A stretch of 64,000 bases of DNA from Selaginella moellendorffii (GCF_000143415.4 NW_003314266.1:642463-706462), one strand, 5' to 3'; counted from the first letter of the stretch, positions 39,158-52,235 are shown. Notes: generated from the sequence alone by a model not told the origin. Numbers and translations are program-made.

Positions 39158-41065
39158 TCAGAGTAGCATGTGGAGGATCCTTGCATCGTCTCGCCTTGGC
39201 AGACCGGCACGAGCTCCAACAGCCTGGCAATTCGCAGCGGCCTAAAATGAATCAAACACGAAATCCAAACTTTAGCTCGAGAATTTGAGAAGATAACAGT
39301 CTGTGCGAACTTGAAAAGACATGAACTTTACGGAAGAACATAAGAACGAAGAACAAGAGCTTTAGAAATGCAAGATCACTGAGAGAAAAGAGGCTTCATG
39401 ACGAATTTATATGCAAGAAGAAGGTCGAAGTATAACATATAATTCACGACCAAGAGCTTGAGAGCAATTACCACTGTCGCTGCAAAAGGAAGCATCCGTT
39501 CCGCAGTGAATCCCGCGCATAGAGCTGCAAGCAAGCCTTGCCGCGTCTTATAATGACACAAAACAAGGAGGAGAGCAAAACGTCCTTACAGTACATGACA
39601 GCTCCAACAAATGCATCGCCAGCTCCAGTTGTGTCCGCCAGTTGAGCCGCGGGTACCTCCTGAGCTGTTCCAACAATCAGTCTTCCAAAAATCGCAATTC
39701 TTGAGCCAGTCGAAGGTACAAGCCGTCCCATCTGTATAAATCAAGTACACACGAACTATTAGATATAGTAAAACCACACGAAGTTCTTCCAGACCTTGGA
39801 CGATACGACGCGAGGTTGAGGACTCTTGATTGCGGATACTTGTTGCCGTAAGGAGTCGAGAGTTTGATTGACATCCATGGTCTCTCCATGGTCAGCTGAA
39901 AATAAAGAACGAAACGGTAACTACGGAAAACAGTAGCCAGAACTTACTAGTTGTACTTCTTTCAAGCATAACGCAACCCTCTGCCCCGAGTGTGACAATT
40001 ATAAACTTCAACTTCGGCAGTTTTGAGGCTACACAAAGTAGTGCTTCAGCAAGGTTTTTCGAGTTCGTCCATGCCTGACCAACGACGTGAGTGCACCAGT
40101 TTAGAGGATAGCGAGAATTCAAGACGAACCTCCGGAAACCGTGATGAAGCAACCATGTAGTCGCAGTAGACAAGTAGCTCATCCAAAAATTCTCTCTTCT
40201 TTTCAGCGTCCACGAGAATGGGAAGTTTTAGCTCCGTAGCCTGCAAAAGGGGTCCCATTAGCTTGACGCATGACATCTTCTTTTCAAAGCGCGTACCATC
40301 TTCGCAATTTTAACGGCTGTGTCGGTGAGTCGACAGTCAAAAAACACAAGATCTGTTCCCTGCAAGACGCTGGAAAGTGTGGCCGTGTCTATCTCTGTCG
40401 GCAACATAGGAGGATGTCCAGGAGTGTGGATACACGTCCTTGTTAACCTGCCATGTATCTTTAAAGTCAATCAAACTGAAACAAAAGGTGCTGAAAGTGT
40501 TACCTCTCTTTGTCGATGATGATGTAAGTGAATGGTGAGACACCCCCCTTAGCCACCTGCACTGACCGAAAATTGAACATAGTGTATGCAATGCAGCATA
40601 CAGACCACAACATGAGAAGTATCAACTCCGTCTTTCTTCAGCTCTTCTAAAATTCTGAGGCCCAATGCATCATCTGCAACCTGGCAAAACCACCGCTTCA
40701 CTTAAGAAAATAGGATTGTAAAAGGACAGTGAGAGTACTTTAGAGATAAGCACTGGTTTCAATCCTAGCCTTGCGGCACCAGTCAAGGAGTTCCCTACGT
40801 TTCCACCGCCTTGAAACTGCAAATGGAAAGCTTAGAAGATGAAACAGAAGAACTAAAATGCAGCACCTGAAAATCGATAGATCGTATCTTGTCATCGGGT
40901 TGAGGGAAAGCGGACACGCTAGCTAGATAGTCGATCACCACCGTTCCACATCCCAGCTAGAAAAGCAAAAAATTCATCCAATTGGATAAAACCCACGAGG
41001 AAGGAGCTTACCACAACTTTCTTGGATGGAATTTGTAGAGGTGCCGATTTCATGGAAGTCGCCAT
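39158..41065 (-). CDS. pfkB/ribokinase-family carbohydrate kinase (ketohexokinase-like), multi-exon
   Basis: FPQPDDKIRS, QGGGNVGN..TGAARLG, RTCIHTPG, VTLGAEG, DTTGAGDAFVGA. Last exon AAANCQAVGARAGLPRR...LL*. Confidence 0.9.
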
Positions 41066-41451
41066 AATTCTATCACAGAAGAGTCCACAATCAAAACGAG
41101 AGAAAAGATGCTCTTCCTCACCTGAAGACCGGCTGTTCTCGAACAAAGAAAGAGCTGCCTCCAAATGCGATGCCAAGCCCAGCTCCAGCCATACCTAGTC
41201 ACAGTTCGAAGCTGCAATGACGTGGCGAAGATGCTCGACACATAAGCTCCACGTCATGTAAATTCGGCTGAAACTTCAGTTGGTTTGAATCAGAGCGAGA
41301 GTTCTAAAAGTCGACGACGGGAGATTTGGTTCTCATTCGCTAGTCGAACTTGGTAAAATTGAAATGCTGAAAAGGCAAAGAATAGAAAAAGTAAGAAAAA
41401 TAAAACGGTTGTACAGAACGAACCTGAAGATCTTGTCCGTGTTGTGGAAAA

Positions 41452-43231
41452 CTAGTAGTATTGGCCCTTGAGAATAGCCTCGACCGGATTTCCAGGTTCC
41501 CTGGAAGCAGCAGCCTTTATGAAAAATTCCCTGCAAAAACACAAGAGCGAATTTACAAAGTGTTAACTTCTAAAAACTCGATGGAGAATGATCTTACCTC
41601 CTCGCCTCGTCCGTGACACCGATCAACCCGTGTTGTTCTAGTATCGGGCCCTCCCCTTGCCACCGTCCTTTGTACACCATATCCATAAAAATCCTCTCAA
41701 ACTTGTCCGTTTTCCTGCAGTGAATCATTCCCATGGTCATGACTTTGAAAGTCATCCGGTTCGGGCTGCATTTCACTTTGAACATCTCCTGGAAAATCTG
41801 GTAAGCCTCGTCGAATCGACCAGTCTTGCAAAGGCCTCGCAGCACGATGTTGTACGTGATCACGTTTGGCCACACCCTCCTGTCCTTCATGTTTTGGAAG
41901 AGAAGCAAAGCCTCGTCAACCCTCGGCTTTCGAGCTCGGCAGTAGCCGCTGATGAGCGTCGTGTACATGTACACGTCCGGACCAACATGGTTTCTCGCGG
42001 CGTCCTGTAAGATCGACTTTGCCTCGTCGAGCTTGCGTACCTTGACAAACGCGTAGATAAGTGAGTGATAGGCGTAGCCGTCGGGACTCAAGCCAGCCTT
42101 GCTCATACCTTTGAAAAGCTCCAAGCAGCGCTGGACCTCGTAAATCTTGCTGAGCCCGAGAATCATAGTGCCGTAAGTGACCGCATTCGGAGGACAATCA
42201 CTTCCAACCATCTGCTGAAACAGTCGATAAGCTTCCTCGATCCTGTTCTTGTACTGGCACACACCATTGATGATGCAGTTGTATGTCACCACGCTCGGCT
42301 TGCAGCGTCTCTGGATCATCGTCTTCAAAACCTCTAAAGCTTCGTCCACCCTCCTTTCCTTGCAAAACCCATCGGCCATGGCGTTGTAAGCACCGGCATC
42401 GCCATCGTAGTTGGCTTCCAGCATCATGTCGTAAACTTTGATCGCGGCCTCCAGTCTCTCGGCCTGGCATAGCCCGTGTACCAAAGTGCTGTAAGTGAAG
42501 CCATCCGGATCGACCAAGTCGTGAGGAAGCCTGGTGAAGAGATGCCTGTATTTCATGATAGTCTTGTCACCTTCGTAGGAGTAACTCAATCCTTCCACTC
42601 CGGTCATCCTCTCGAACAAGAACACGGCCCAGTCGATCTTCCCAAACTTGCAAAGGCCATTGATCACGGTGTTGTAAGTCGCGACGTTGGGCTTGCAAGT
42701 CTTGCCCATCTTTCCAAACTTGATCAGCGCTCTCCCGACTCTACCGAGATCACAGTAGCCTTTGAGAACAACGTTGTAAGCAGTGACATCCGGTGGAATT
42801 CCCAGCGATCTCATGTAGCCGAGGTATCTCCAAGCTCTCCCCGGATTCCTGACGTTGCAAAAGCACTGGATGATGATCGTGAAGCTGTAGAGGCTTGGGC
42901 GGCAGTGAGCGCACAGCTCGCGCTTGAAGAATCTCACCGCTTCTCTCGTCCGGCGAGCTCGAACGAGGTGATGGAGCAGTCTCGTGTAGCAGTAGACGTC
43001 GTGCCTGTATCCCTCTTGCTTGCTAGACCAATCGAAGAACTTCCTCGCTAGTGCTAAGCTGGGGACTCGCCGGATCACACTACCTACAAGGCGCGGCTCC
43101 AAGAATGCGGCGTTAAAGCTCGCCATTGCCTCGTCGATCGATGCTCCTCGCTTGGTGCCCTCATCCAGCGCCGCCATCACGGCCTGGAGATCCAGGCGCT
43201 TCTTGCTCCAGCGCACCGCGCCCTTTAGCAT
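41452..43231 (-). CDS. P-class PPR protein with a short spliced last exon (41530-41452)
   Basis: Tandem 35-aa P motifs (PDVTAYNVVLKGYC, PNVATYNTVINGLCK). The ORF end overlaps a GTAAG donor at 41597; splicing to 41530 gives EFFIKAAASREPGNPVEAILKGQYY*. Confidence 0.9.
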
Positions 43232-43322
43232 TTCGCCTATTTCCTAGAACCCTAAACCCCCCAATACAAATACGAAGAACCCTAATTTAAAGTAGCTAGG
43301 GCATTTTGATTTTCCTCTGACG
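43232..43322. promoter_or_regulatory. 91-bp bidirectional promoter with telo-box-like AACCCTAA motifs
   Basis: Head-to-head ATGs at 43231 and 43323. AACCCTAA at ~43248 and ~43278. Confidence 0.55.
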
Positions 43323-45292
43323 ATGATGCACGCTGTCCCTGGCGCTGCCGCGAGTGGCGATCTCGTCCTGCGATCGAACTGTGAGAGATGTGGAGCTCCC
43401 GGCGCTTCCAATGAGCTCTTCGCGGCGTCGTGCCGGCATATGACCCTATGTATGGCTTGCGGGAAATCCATGGCCGAGGCGAAAGCGTCGTGCGGCCTGT
43501 GCGGTGCTACCGTCACTACACTGATCAAGGTAGCCATTGCTTCTAGATTTCTAGAATAGCAATCGATCGGGGTCTGTAGGAGTACAAGGTGAAGCGAGCG
43601 CCCAACCCAAAGCAGTGCTTTCTAGGACGATTTTCCCAGGGCTTGCCTCTGTTCTCGACGAAGAATAACCTCCACTGGACCATGAGGAAGGATATTCCCA
43701 GGCCGACTGACCCAGCCAGAGTATGTGAAATCCTCCACTTTCATTCGTATAGCTTCTTAGCTTCATCTTTCCAGGAGAAGTTTAAGATCACTGCTGAGAA
43801 GCTCAAGTCCAAGCCATGGATTTTGGAGGACGACACTGGTGCGTACCAGTTCCAGGGCCAGCTTGAAGGCGGCCAACAAGCGACCTACTACATTCTCATG
43901 AAGAGTGGGAGGGACTTTCATGCGTTCCCAGCGGGTTCATGGTAAGTTCTGAGAGATTTAGTTCCTTTGCTCACAGGCTCGGCCAGGTTTAATTTTCACA
44001 AACTCGTCCAGTACAAACAACTTACGCTCGAGGAAGCCGAGGAGCAGATGAAGAACCGTCGCAAGACCGCGGACGGATATCAGAGGTGGATCATGAAGGC
44101 GGCAAATGGTGCGGCGGCGTTTGGCGAAGTTGAAAAGACTGGAAGGCAGCGGAAGGAAGATGATGACGATAAGAAGAAAGGAACTAAAGTTGCCGAGGAC
44201 GATGATCTCGCCAAGCCCGAAGATTTTGATCCGGAAGACGAAGTTGACAGAGGTATGGCATTTGAGTTTTCCAGGCTCTCGGTTTTTATAGAAGTATCTC
44301 AGGTGACGACTGGGAGCACGAGGAAACTTTCACGGATGATGACGAAGCCGTTGGTAATGACCCCGAGGAGAGAGATGAGCAACCAGATGTTCCTGCTCCA
44401 CCGGAAATCAAACAGGCAAGAACGGTCTCCTGCTTTCTTGTGGTGGTTTGATATCTGTCTCGATTTTACCAGGAAGAGGATGAGATAGAAGCTGAGGAAG
44501 GAGGACAGCCTCAGCAGGGTGAAAACGCCCTGAGTCAGTCTGGACGTGACATGAAGAAGCTGCTTGGCAAGTCGGGGGGCCTTGAAGAATCGGAGGACGA
44601 CGACGATGAGGAGGACGAGGATGTAAGCTCTCGCGAACGTTTTCAGCGCTTCTTTGACAGTTCTTTCTTTCTTTGCAGATGGATCTGGACAACGAGAACA
44701 TCAGCTCTCCAGTCCTGGCTCCGAAACACAAGGACGAAGCGGGCGACGCTACTCCAACGAAGTCTGCTAATGCGCGTCCTCCTGGAGGCCCTTCTGCTGC
44801 TTCAAAGAACAAGCGAAAGGTGGATGACGGAAAGACTGCCGCAGCATCCAAAAAGTCCAAGACAGAGGTACCGGATCTAATCGCCAGACTCATGAGCTCG
44901 TTACCTCGTTTTCTCTTTTGTAGACGAAGAAGGAGGTGCCAGCAGTAAAGAAGGAAAGCCCCTCTACAGTAAAGAAAGACGCTCCCAAGAAGGAAGCAGC
45001 AAAACCAGCCGCGGGAGCTTCTACTTCGTCCGCTAGCTCAGCTCTCGAGGAAGAAGTGAAAGCAGTGCTCAAGGACTCGGGTCCGATGAAGAGCCAGGAT
45101 CTCGTGGCCAGGTTCCGGAGCAGGCTAAAGAACAAAGAGGTAACATCCTGTTCTTCATCTTTGCTCCCGGGAGTTTGATGATTTTGCCTGTTTTTTCTTG
45201 TTCTCCAGGAGAAGAACGCGTTCGCCATGGTGCTCAAAAAGATATCTCGCATCCAGAAAAGAGATGGAGCAAGCTATATCGTGCTCAAGTGA
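43323..45292 (+). CDS. RAP74: TFIIF large subunit (RAP74), multi-exon
   Basis: Plant N-terminal Cys-rich region, KPWILEDDTG..QFQGQLEG, FHKLVQYKQLTLEEAEEQM, DDWEHEETFTDDDE, C-terminal winged-helix region. Confidence 0.93.
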
Positions 45293-45599
45293 TGCTCTTT
45301 CTCAGTTTTTGATTTTAACGCCTTCTCTGGCCGGTTTGTTTGTGTGTTTGCATTTTTTACAGCAAGGAGGAGCGCTAAAAGTTTTGGCTTGCTCGCTCGC
45401 TGGGAGTAAAACTCTGTCCGTATGGCGCTACAGCCATTGACAATGTACGGCAGAGCTATTGTAAAGTTCCGTTTGTAACTATTTTAACACGATAAAAGAT
45501 AATTTACCTTGCCGGGAGAGAGGGAAGGGCATGGCATTGGGACGATCGATCGAGCTCTCGCTCCAGAGATTTCACCATCGATCGCATTCTTGCTCCTCC

Positions 45600-46499
45600 A
45601 TGGCGCCCAGCACTGCTGCATTGTCCCATGGTCTGGTGGCATTCAGGAGGCCTCGGCTTAGTTCCAGCAGCGCTAGTTCGTCCAGGAGCACCAATTTGAG
45701 GAGCAGTGGCTTCCAATGTCGAGAAATCTTGCAAAGTACCCGGCGTGTCGGAGCGATTGCCGACGGGGGTGTCGCGATAGGGGCGGAGGAGGCGAATGGA
45801 TTGGTAGAGCAGCTCCTCTCCATGGTCTGTGAGTTTTTCTTTCTTATAATCTCTTCTCTTTTCTTGCTTAGAGTTTTCTTAGGTGCAAAGCTCGGATCGA
45901 GGAGCAGCATTGCGCAGTGAGCATCACCAGAGCGTTGCGGAGATTGTCCGCAAGCTCGAAGGATTAAACATTCCTCCAGAGCCTTTACAAAGTCCATTGA
46001 TCTTCGGAGGTACCAATTCGTATCTCTTGAAAGAACCACGAACAAATGCTCTATGTTCTTCGATTTTGCAGACTGGGATGTGGAGTACTGCTCCAATCCA
46101 ACAGCCCCTGGAGGCTACTACCGCAGCGCGCTGGGAAGATTTTTCCTCGCAACCGAAGCAATGATCCAGACTGTGAAAGCTCCCGACTTTGTGGGCAATT
46201 CAGTCTCGTTCTCTCTGCTTGGAATCCTCAAAGGCCAAGTCTCTCTCAAAGGTACTGCTTCCTCTTGCATGCCATAGAACAAAGCTAGATCTTTCCACTC
46301 GTTCTTTTCAGGCAAGCTGGTAGCTCTGGACGAGAAATGGATCGAGATAACGTTTGATCCTCCATTTCTAAAGCTTGGCCCGATCGAAGCGCAGTATGGC
46401 AAGAGCAGCAAAGTTAAGATCGCTGTTCTGTACGTGGACGAGAAAATCAGGCTGGGAAGAGGCTCCAGAGGGGCAGTCTTCGTGTTTAAACGAAGATAG
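45600..46499 (+). CDS. FBN9: Plastid fibrillin (FBN9/PAP11-like)
   Basis: Transit peptide, DRG, DWDVEYCSNPTAPGG.YRS..GR, YVDEKIRLGRGSRG.VFVF.RR. Possible alternative ATG at 45531. Confidence 0.85.
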
Positions 46500-46631
46500 T
46501 AAAATCAGATCTCCACCGCACGATCTTGCGAAGCGAATGGACGGCGGAGGAATCGCCTAGCTTGCTAAAACCCTAGCCCAGAAGGTTCTAGATAGGCATT
46601 CTTATTTCGTTCGTCCGCGAGAGAGCGAGCA

Positions 46632-49198
46632 ATGGCGGCATCTCATGCGGCTGCTGCTTCGCTGAATTCGCCGTCGACGGCGCTCTTCTCGTCCTCGTTT
46701 GCGCAATCCACAGCTTTTGGACGGGTTTCGTTCCAGGATTTTCGGCAGCGCAGCAGGAGCGGCGGACTTCGCTGCCGGGCGCCGGTCGTGAGGACGCGAG
46801 CGGCGAAGCAGCTGTTCTTCAACAAGGATGGATCGGCCATGAAGAAGCTCCAGGTGAGATTATGGATTGCTGGATGGATTGGTTTGATTTTAAGTCTCCC
46901 TATAATAGGCTGGTGCAAACAAAGTGGCCAATTTAGTGGGAGTTACTTTGGGTCCCAAGGGAAGAAACGTGGTGCTCGAGAGCAAGTATGGATCTCCAAA
47001 GATTGTCAACGATGGAGTCACTGTTGCCAAAGAGGTAGAGGGAAAAGTTAAAATGCGGCTACAAAGTCTTTTGTGCTTTTGCTCTTTGTTTGCAGGTGGA
47101 GCTGGAAGATGCAGTCGAGAACATTGGTGCGCGGCTTGTAAGACAAGCTGCGTCGAAAACAAATGACTTGGCTGGTGATGGAACCACCACGTCCGTGGTT
47201 TTGGCACAAGGACTTATAAACGAGGGTGTCAAGGTTTGATTTTTCTCAAGTTCATGGAATTTTCATGAGGCAATGTGGAGAGTAATTTGCAGCTAGTCGC
47301 AGCGGGAGCTAATCCTATACAAATTGCTCGAGGTATTGACAAGGTCATTGCAGGCCTTGTCAAGGAACTCAAGACTTTGTCGAAAGAGGTGGGTTTTTTC
47401 TCGTGGCTTCGGTTGTATATTTTTCTTAAGCGTTTTGCGTGTAGGTCGAGGACAGCGAACTTGCAGATGTAGCAGCTGTGAGCGCGGGAAACAACTACGA
47501 GATCGGGGACATGATTGCTGAAGCCATGAAAAGAGTTGGGAGGAAAGGCGTGGTCACACTTGAGGAGGGAAGAAGTGCTGAGAGTACACTACAATTCGTT
47601 GAAGGAATGCAGTTCGATCGGGGATACATATCACCTTACTTTGTGACAGACACAGAGAAAATGGCCGTGGAATATCAGAATTGCAAGGTAAACGGAATCT
47701 GTTCTTTTTGTTTCTTCCTTATTAATGTTCGTTACAGTTACTGCTAGTTGACAAGAAGATCACAAATGCTCGAGATATAGTATCCATCCTTGAAGACGCC
47801 ATTCGTGCTGGAAGTCCTCTTCTTATTATCGCGGAAGATATTGAACAAGAGGCACTTGCTACTCTGGTTGTGAACCGAATTCGTGGAAATCTTAAAGTTG
47901 CTGCTATCAAAGCTCCAGGATTCGGCGAGAGGAAGAGCCAGTATTTGGAGGATATCGCTACTCTTACTGGAGGTAAATCGACCATTTTTATCTTTTATTT
48001 GTTGTACTTAGTTCTTTGTTCTGAGCAGGCACTGTTGTGAAGGATGAAGTTGGTCTGCAACTGGACAAAGTGGGATCCGAAGTTCTTGGTACTGCTTCAA
48101 AAGTGGTAATCACAAAGGACTACTCAACAATTGTTGGAGATGGAAGCACACAGGAAGCCGTCAGTAAGCGTGTCAACCAAATAAAAAATCAGCTCGAGGT
48201 ACATAATACGTTATGATACCTTTTTGAAGTTTTAAGCCCTTCGCTTGTAGGCCACCGAGCAAGACTACGAAAGAGAAAAATTGAACGAAAGAATAGCTAA
48301 ATTGTCTGGAGGAGTTGCTGTAATCCAGGTAAGTTTATTTTGCAGTATTTTTAGCAGCACATCTTTAACTTCTCTGTAAATTGAAGGTTGGTGCACAAAC
48401 TGAGACAGAATTAAAAGAAAAGAAGTTAAGAGTGGAAGATGCTTTGAATGCGACGAAGGTAAATAGATTGGATTCTGGAATATTGTGGTGTAAGTGTTTA
48501 AATTGCAGGCTGCTGTTGAAGAAGGCATCGTTGTCGGTGGGGGAATTGCTCTTCTAAGACTGTCTAGCAAGGTTGATGCCATCAAGGATACCCTTGAGAA
48601 TGACGAGCAAAAGGTGAGGCCACTTCAGAAAGCTTTGACCCTCCCTCTGAAAGTCAAGTACCTGTTTCAGATTGGAGCCGAAATTGTGAGGAAAGCCTTG
48701 AGCTATCCCGTGAAGCTCATCGCAAAAAATGCTGGTGTTAACGGCAGCGTTATCGTTGAGAAAGTAAGACTTTGTACCTGCGGCTTGGCTTGAGTTTTGA
48801 CTGCCGGTGTGTGCAGGTCCTTGCCGACGATAACTTTAACCACGGTTATAATGCTGCGACTGGTGCATTTGAGAATCTCATGGCGGCAGGAATCATTGAT
48901 CCAACCAAGGTATGCTTCGTTCCCAAGGAATCCCAATGCTTAAAAAGAATTATTTCACGTTGTAATTCTCGCACAAATTTGGCACATGTAGGTAGTCAGG
49001 TGCTGTTTAGAGCACGCAGGCTCCGTAGCAAGGACCTTCCTCACATCAGACGCAGTAGTCGTATCCATCCCGGAACCAGAGCCTGCTGTTCCGGCAGGGA
49101 ACCCAATGGACAACTCAGGTACGAAGAGCCTGAGCTCGACTTAGAATACCATAGTTTACGCTCACCAACACACTGGCTTTTCAGGTTACGGTTATTGA
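46632..49198 (+). CDS. CPN60B: Chloroplast chaperonin 60 beta subunit, multi-exon
   Basis: [46 protein letters not shown]-terminal NPMDNSGYGY*. Confidence 0.96.
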
Positions 49199-49464
49199 GA
49201 GACGATCGCGCTGTAATGTCCCCCGTTAGCAAGTGGGCAGTCAGTTGCTGCCTGCCCTGCGGTGCGCCAGTTTTGTATTTTATCCGCTGGAAGTATCTCA
49301 CTGCTCAGAGTTTTGTTCTCATTTTCTACTCTTCGTTTTTTCTTAGAAGCTAAAACTACATTGAACGCAGGAACTTGTCAAGTCGGTTAACTGGCAACCA
49401 GTTTTATAAACTCTTCGAAACTGAGACCGAGGTGCTACATAGAGAAGATTCACGGCAGCGTGAT

Positions 49465-49815
49465 CTAGAAACCGGGCTGCCACCAGATCACGGCCAGGAT
49501 AAAGACGACCATGAAGGCCAGGCCAACAGGAGAGCCTCCTACTTCAGAGAAAGGCACGGTCTTGGAAGGCGGTGCCGGCTTTGAGGCCGGGAGAGACATG
49601 AGCTGAACAGCCAGGAGGAGAAAGAGGGGGACGAGTAGCACCAGCAGGGAAATGCTCTTCAGGAGCTGAGAGGCAACGAGGAGATAGACGTCGTCCGTGT
49701 AGAGCGGTGAAGCTAGCAGAGCAAACACGATGGCGAGGAGGACGACGGGAGCCACTGGCGCCGAAGTCTTCTGCTGGGCACTGCCGCTGTTGATGGTGGT
49801 GCTGCCTGGGATCAT
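49465..49815 (-). CDS. Small plant membrane protein (GGSP-G...WQP family, uncharacterised)
   Basis: 116 aa with three hydrophobic segments, LVPLFLLLAVQLMS and GGSPVG...IWWQP. Apparent 5'UTR intron ~49936-49817. Confidence 0.7.
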   Translation of the reverse strand: MIPGSTTINSGSAQQKTSAPVAPVVLLAIVFALLASPLYTDDVYLLVASQLLKSISLLVLLVPLFLLLAVQLMSLPASKPAPPSKTVPFSEVGGSPVGLAFMVVFILAVIWWQPGF

Positions 49816-50319
49816 CCTGTCAAGAAACGAGAAAGGCAGCGCTCAGGAGGACACGAGAACAAGGAAATACAAGAAAGAAGCCCGACGATCATCCAGGAAG
49901 AACTTCTCTTTTCGAGTGTTTGAAGAAGCAGCTTACCTTTGCGTGGCGGAGAGAGCGGACGAGCCGAGAGAGACGCACAGATTACAAGCTAGCTGGGATA
50001 TTCCACCGATAGTTACTGTTAAGTCAAACGAATTGGATCCGTACGGATTGGTCAGGCAAGAGATTAAATCATTTTGTTTGCCGTACGGAGTCTCTGGTTC
50101 GAGACCAACGTCCGGCAAAACTACTCCATTTCATTTGTAAGTAAATGCTTAGTTAAAGGGGGCATTTTCTCCAACGCCAAGAAATTTGAACTGAGGTAGG
50201 GTTTTTCGAAATGCTTCTCGATGATAGGGTTTTTGATCTCTTACGATCGATCGATAATCCGGAGCTCCTCCGTCCAGATCGACCGACCAGGTTCGTCGAT
50301 CGGCAATGCAGCCGATTTC

Positions 50320-50950
50320 GCAAGGGGCAGCAACGCTCCTCATCGGTGTTCTACCAGCTGCTGGAGACGACCTGGACCACGCCGACACCGGCTTATTCCC
50401 GGAATGGGCTCGCACCGAGGAATCTGGAAAATGGTAAGAAGATCCACGCTTATCTCTCTTGCAACTCGGACTTTCTTACGTCACCATGTATGGAAAGTGT
50501 GGCAGTCTAAACGATGCTTGTTTGATGTTCCAGAGCATGGAGGAATGGAACACCGTGGCCTGGAACTCTGTCATGGGAGCATTCGTCCAGCATGATCGCA
50601 ATGGAGGAGGCGATGGAGCTCTCCTGGGAGATGCTGCAGTGTGGAGAGTAGACCGACTTTCTTGACTGTGTTGGCGGCCATCTCTAGCCTCGAGTCTCTA
50701 CGACATGGTAAGCTTGTTCACGATACTCTTGCTGCTGAGGCTGGTCATGAGGATGATGTTGTTGTCCAGACAGGAAGTGCGTGGTGGAAGCAGTGGAAGT
50801 TTTGGACCGGATGATCCGGTTCGATGCGATGCTGTGGACTGCTGGATTCTCGGCTCACGTCAACTGCGCCGGCTACGAAGAAATTTTCTGCTATTTCCGG
50901 AAGATGCAGCTCAAACAACTTTGAGCTCTTGCAAGAGGCCGCAAACAGGG
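50320..50950 (+). pseudogene. PLS-PPR relic
   Basis: Fragments ENGKKIHA, TMYGKCGSLNDA..MFQSM..WNTVAWNSVMGAFVQH and SLRHGKLVH, separated by frameshifts. Confidence 0.75.
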
Positions 50951-51908
50951 AAAGGCCATTGTGAGCATGGATGAGGCTTGGAAGGTGAGTGGGCTTCTTT
51001 CACAGAGAAGTCGAGTAAGATCTCTTGAATCCTCTCAAGCTAGGGAGCTGTTACTTTCCCTTACAAGGATGCAAGGCCCAGGAGGACATCATGCGTGATC
51101 CTACCAGGTTGAAGCTCATTCTCATTAACTTTGAAACGAGTTTCTAGTTTTTTTCAGATATGAGAGACAACGCCTCTCTCCACCTGGTGACACGACAATA
51201 CGACTCTGAAGCCGAGAAGAATGGTGTTAACATTTCTGCCGCGATGGTTGCTGGTGGCGACGAAGGCCAGTAACGAGGCTCTTGAGGATCAAGGTAAGCG
51301 AGAGCTTCATTCTTTCTAAGTTTCTTTGTGTTTTTGCTTGTTCACAAGGATCACCATTCCTGCCGGCCCTGCGAGCATAGCATCGTTTTTCAGTCTACGA
51401 TCTGTTTTCCTAGGTGACTGTGGCTCAAGATTGGGTCCCCAGGAGGAGAGAAGTCGTTTTGTGAAGTGGATACAAGCCGGACGAAGTTACCTTTGAACGC
51501 TTGCTCCCAACCCCTCGACCGTTCGCTCTCGTGAAGCTCTGGAAGCGGTCATCTTGCTCAGCTCCAGAGCTGTTGTGGAAGATGCAGCAAGCCGGAGACA
51601 AACCAACGAGCCGGAGATCGACTGGTTACGAGCAGTGAAACCAACAGCGACGTGGAAGACGAAATCCCCGTTGGAAACGCATGTAAGGAGGTATGGCAGC
51701 ATTGCAAGAGCCCGAGACCGTCACTGATGAGCGTCTCGTCTTCCGCCAGATGCTAGAGCATCATCCTACGAGAGGAGACTCCACTCTAGGCGATTCGCTA
51801 GAGTCTAGGAATTGGATATGCTTTATTCTCCATTTTGTTTATATAAGGGCAAAAAGTGAGGAGCTTTATTTCCCTAGGGTTTATGTCCAGATAGAGCTAG
51901 CGAGAGAG

Positions 51909-52235
51909 ATGGGGTGTTCTTCCTGGCGCAAACACGGGGTCTTGGCGGTGGCCATCCTTGGCGCCGCAACGGCAATGGCGGCAGCAACATTCTTCCTCGG
52001 CCGGTCCCTGACAGATGCGGCGAAGTCGCTGTCGGATTCTGCGAGCTCCATGAAGGAATCGCTCGATTCCTCTGCGAAATCCTTCAAGGAATCGTTCGAT
52101 TCTGCTGTGGCGTCGTTCGACCGCGGAGTGGCTTCTTTGGATCGCGGCATCGACACAATCGGCGCGTTCAAGGTGCTCAAGAATGGGTGCACAGTCTCCT
52201 TAAATCCAGTCGGCTTGGTTCCGAGGGAAGATTAA
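51909..52235 (+). CDS. Orphan 108-aa protein: N-terminal TM segment plus 11-mer/7-mer amphipathic repeats
   Basis: GC-rich coding-like ORF after a TAGGGTTT telo-box. VLAVAILGAATAMAAATFFLG is followed by AKSLSDS/ASSMKESLDSS/AKSFKESFDSA/VASFDRG/VASLDRG. Confidence 0.55.
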   Translation: MGCSSWRKHGVLAVAILGAATAMAAATFFLGRSLTDAAKSLSDSASSMKESLDSSAKSFKESFDSAVASFDRGVASLDRGIDTIGAFKVLKNGCTVSLNPVGLVPRED

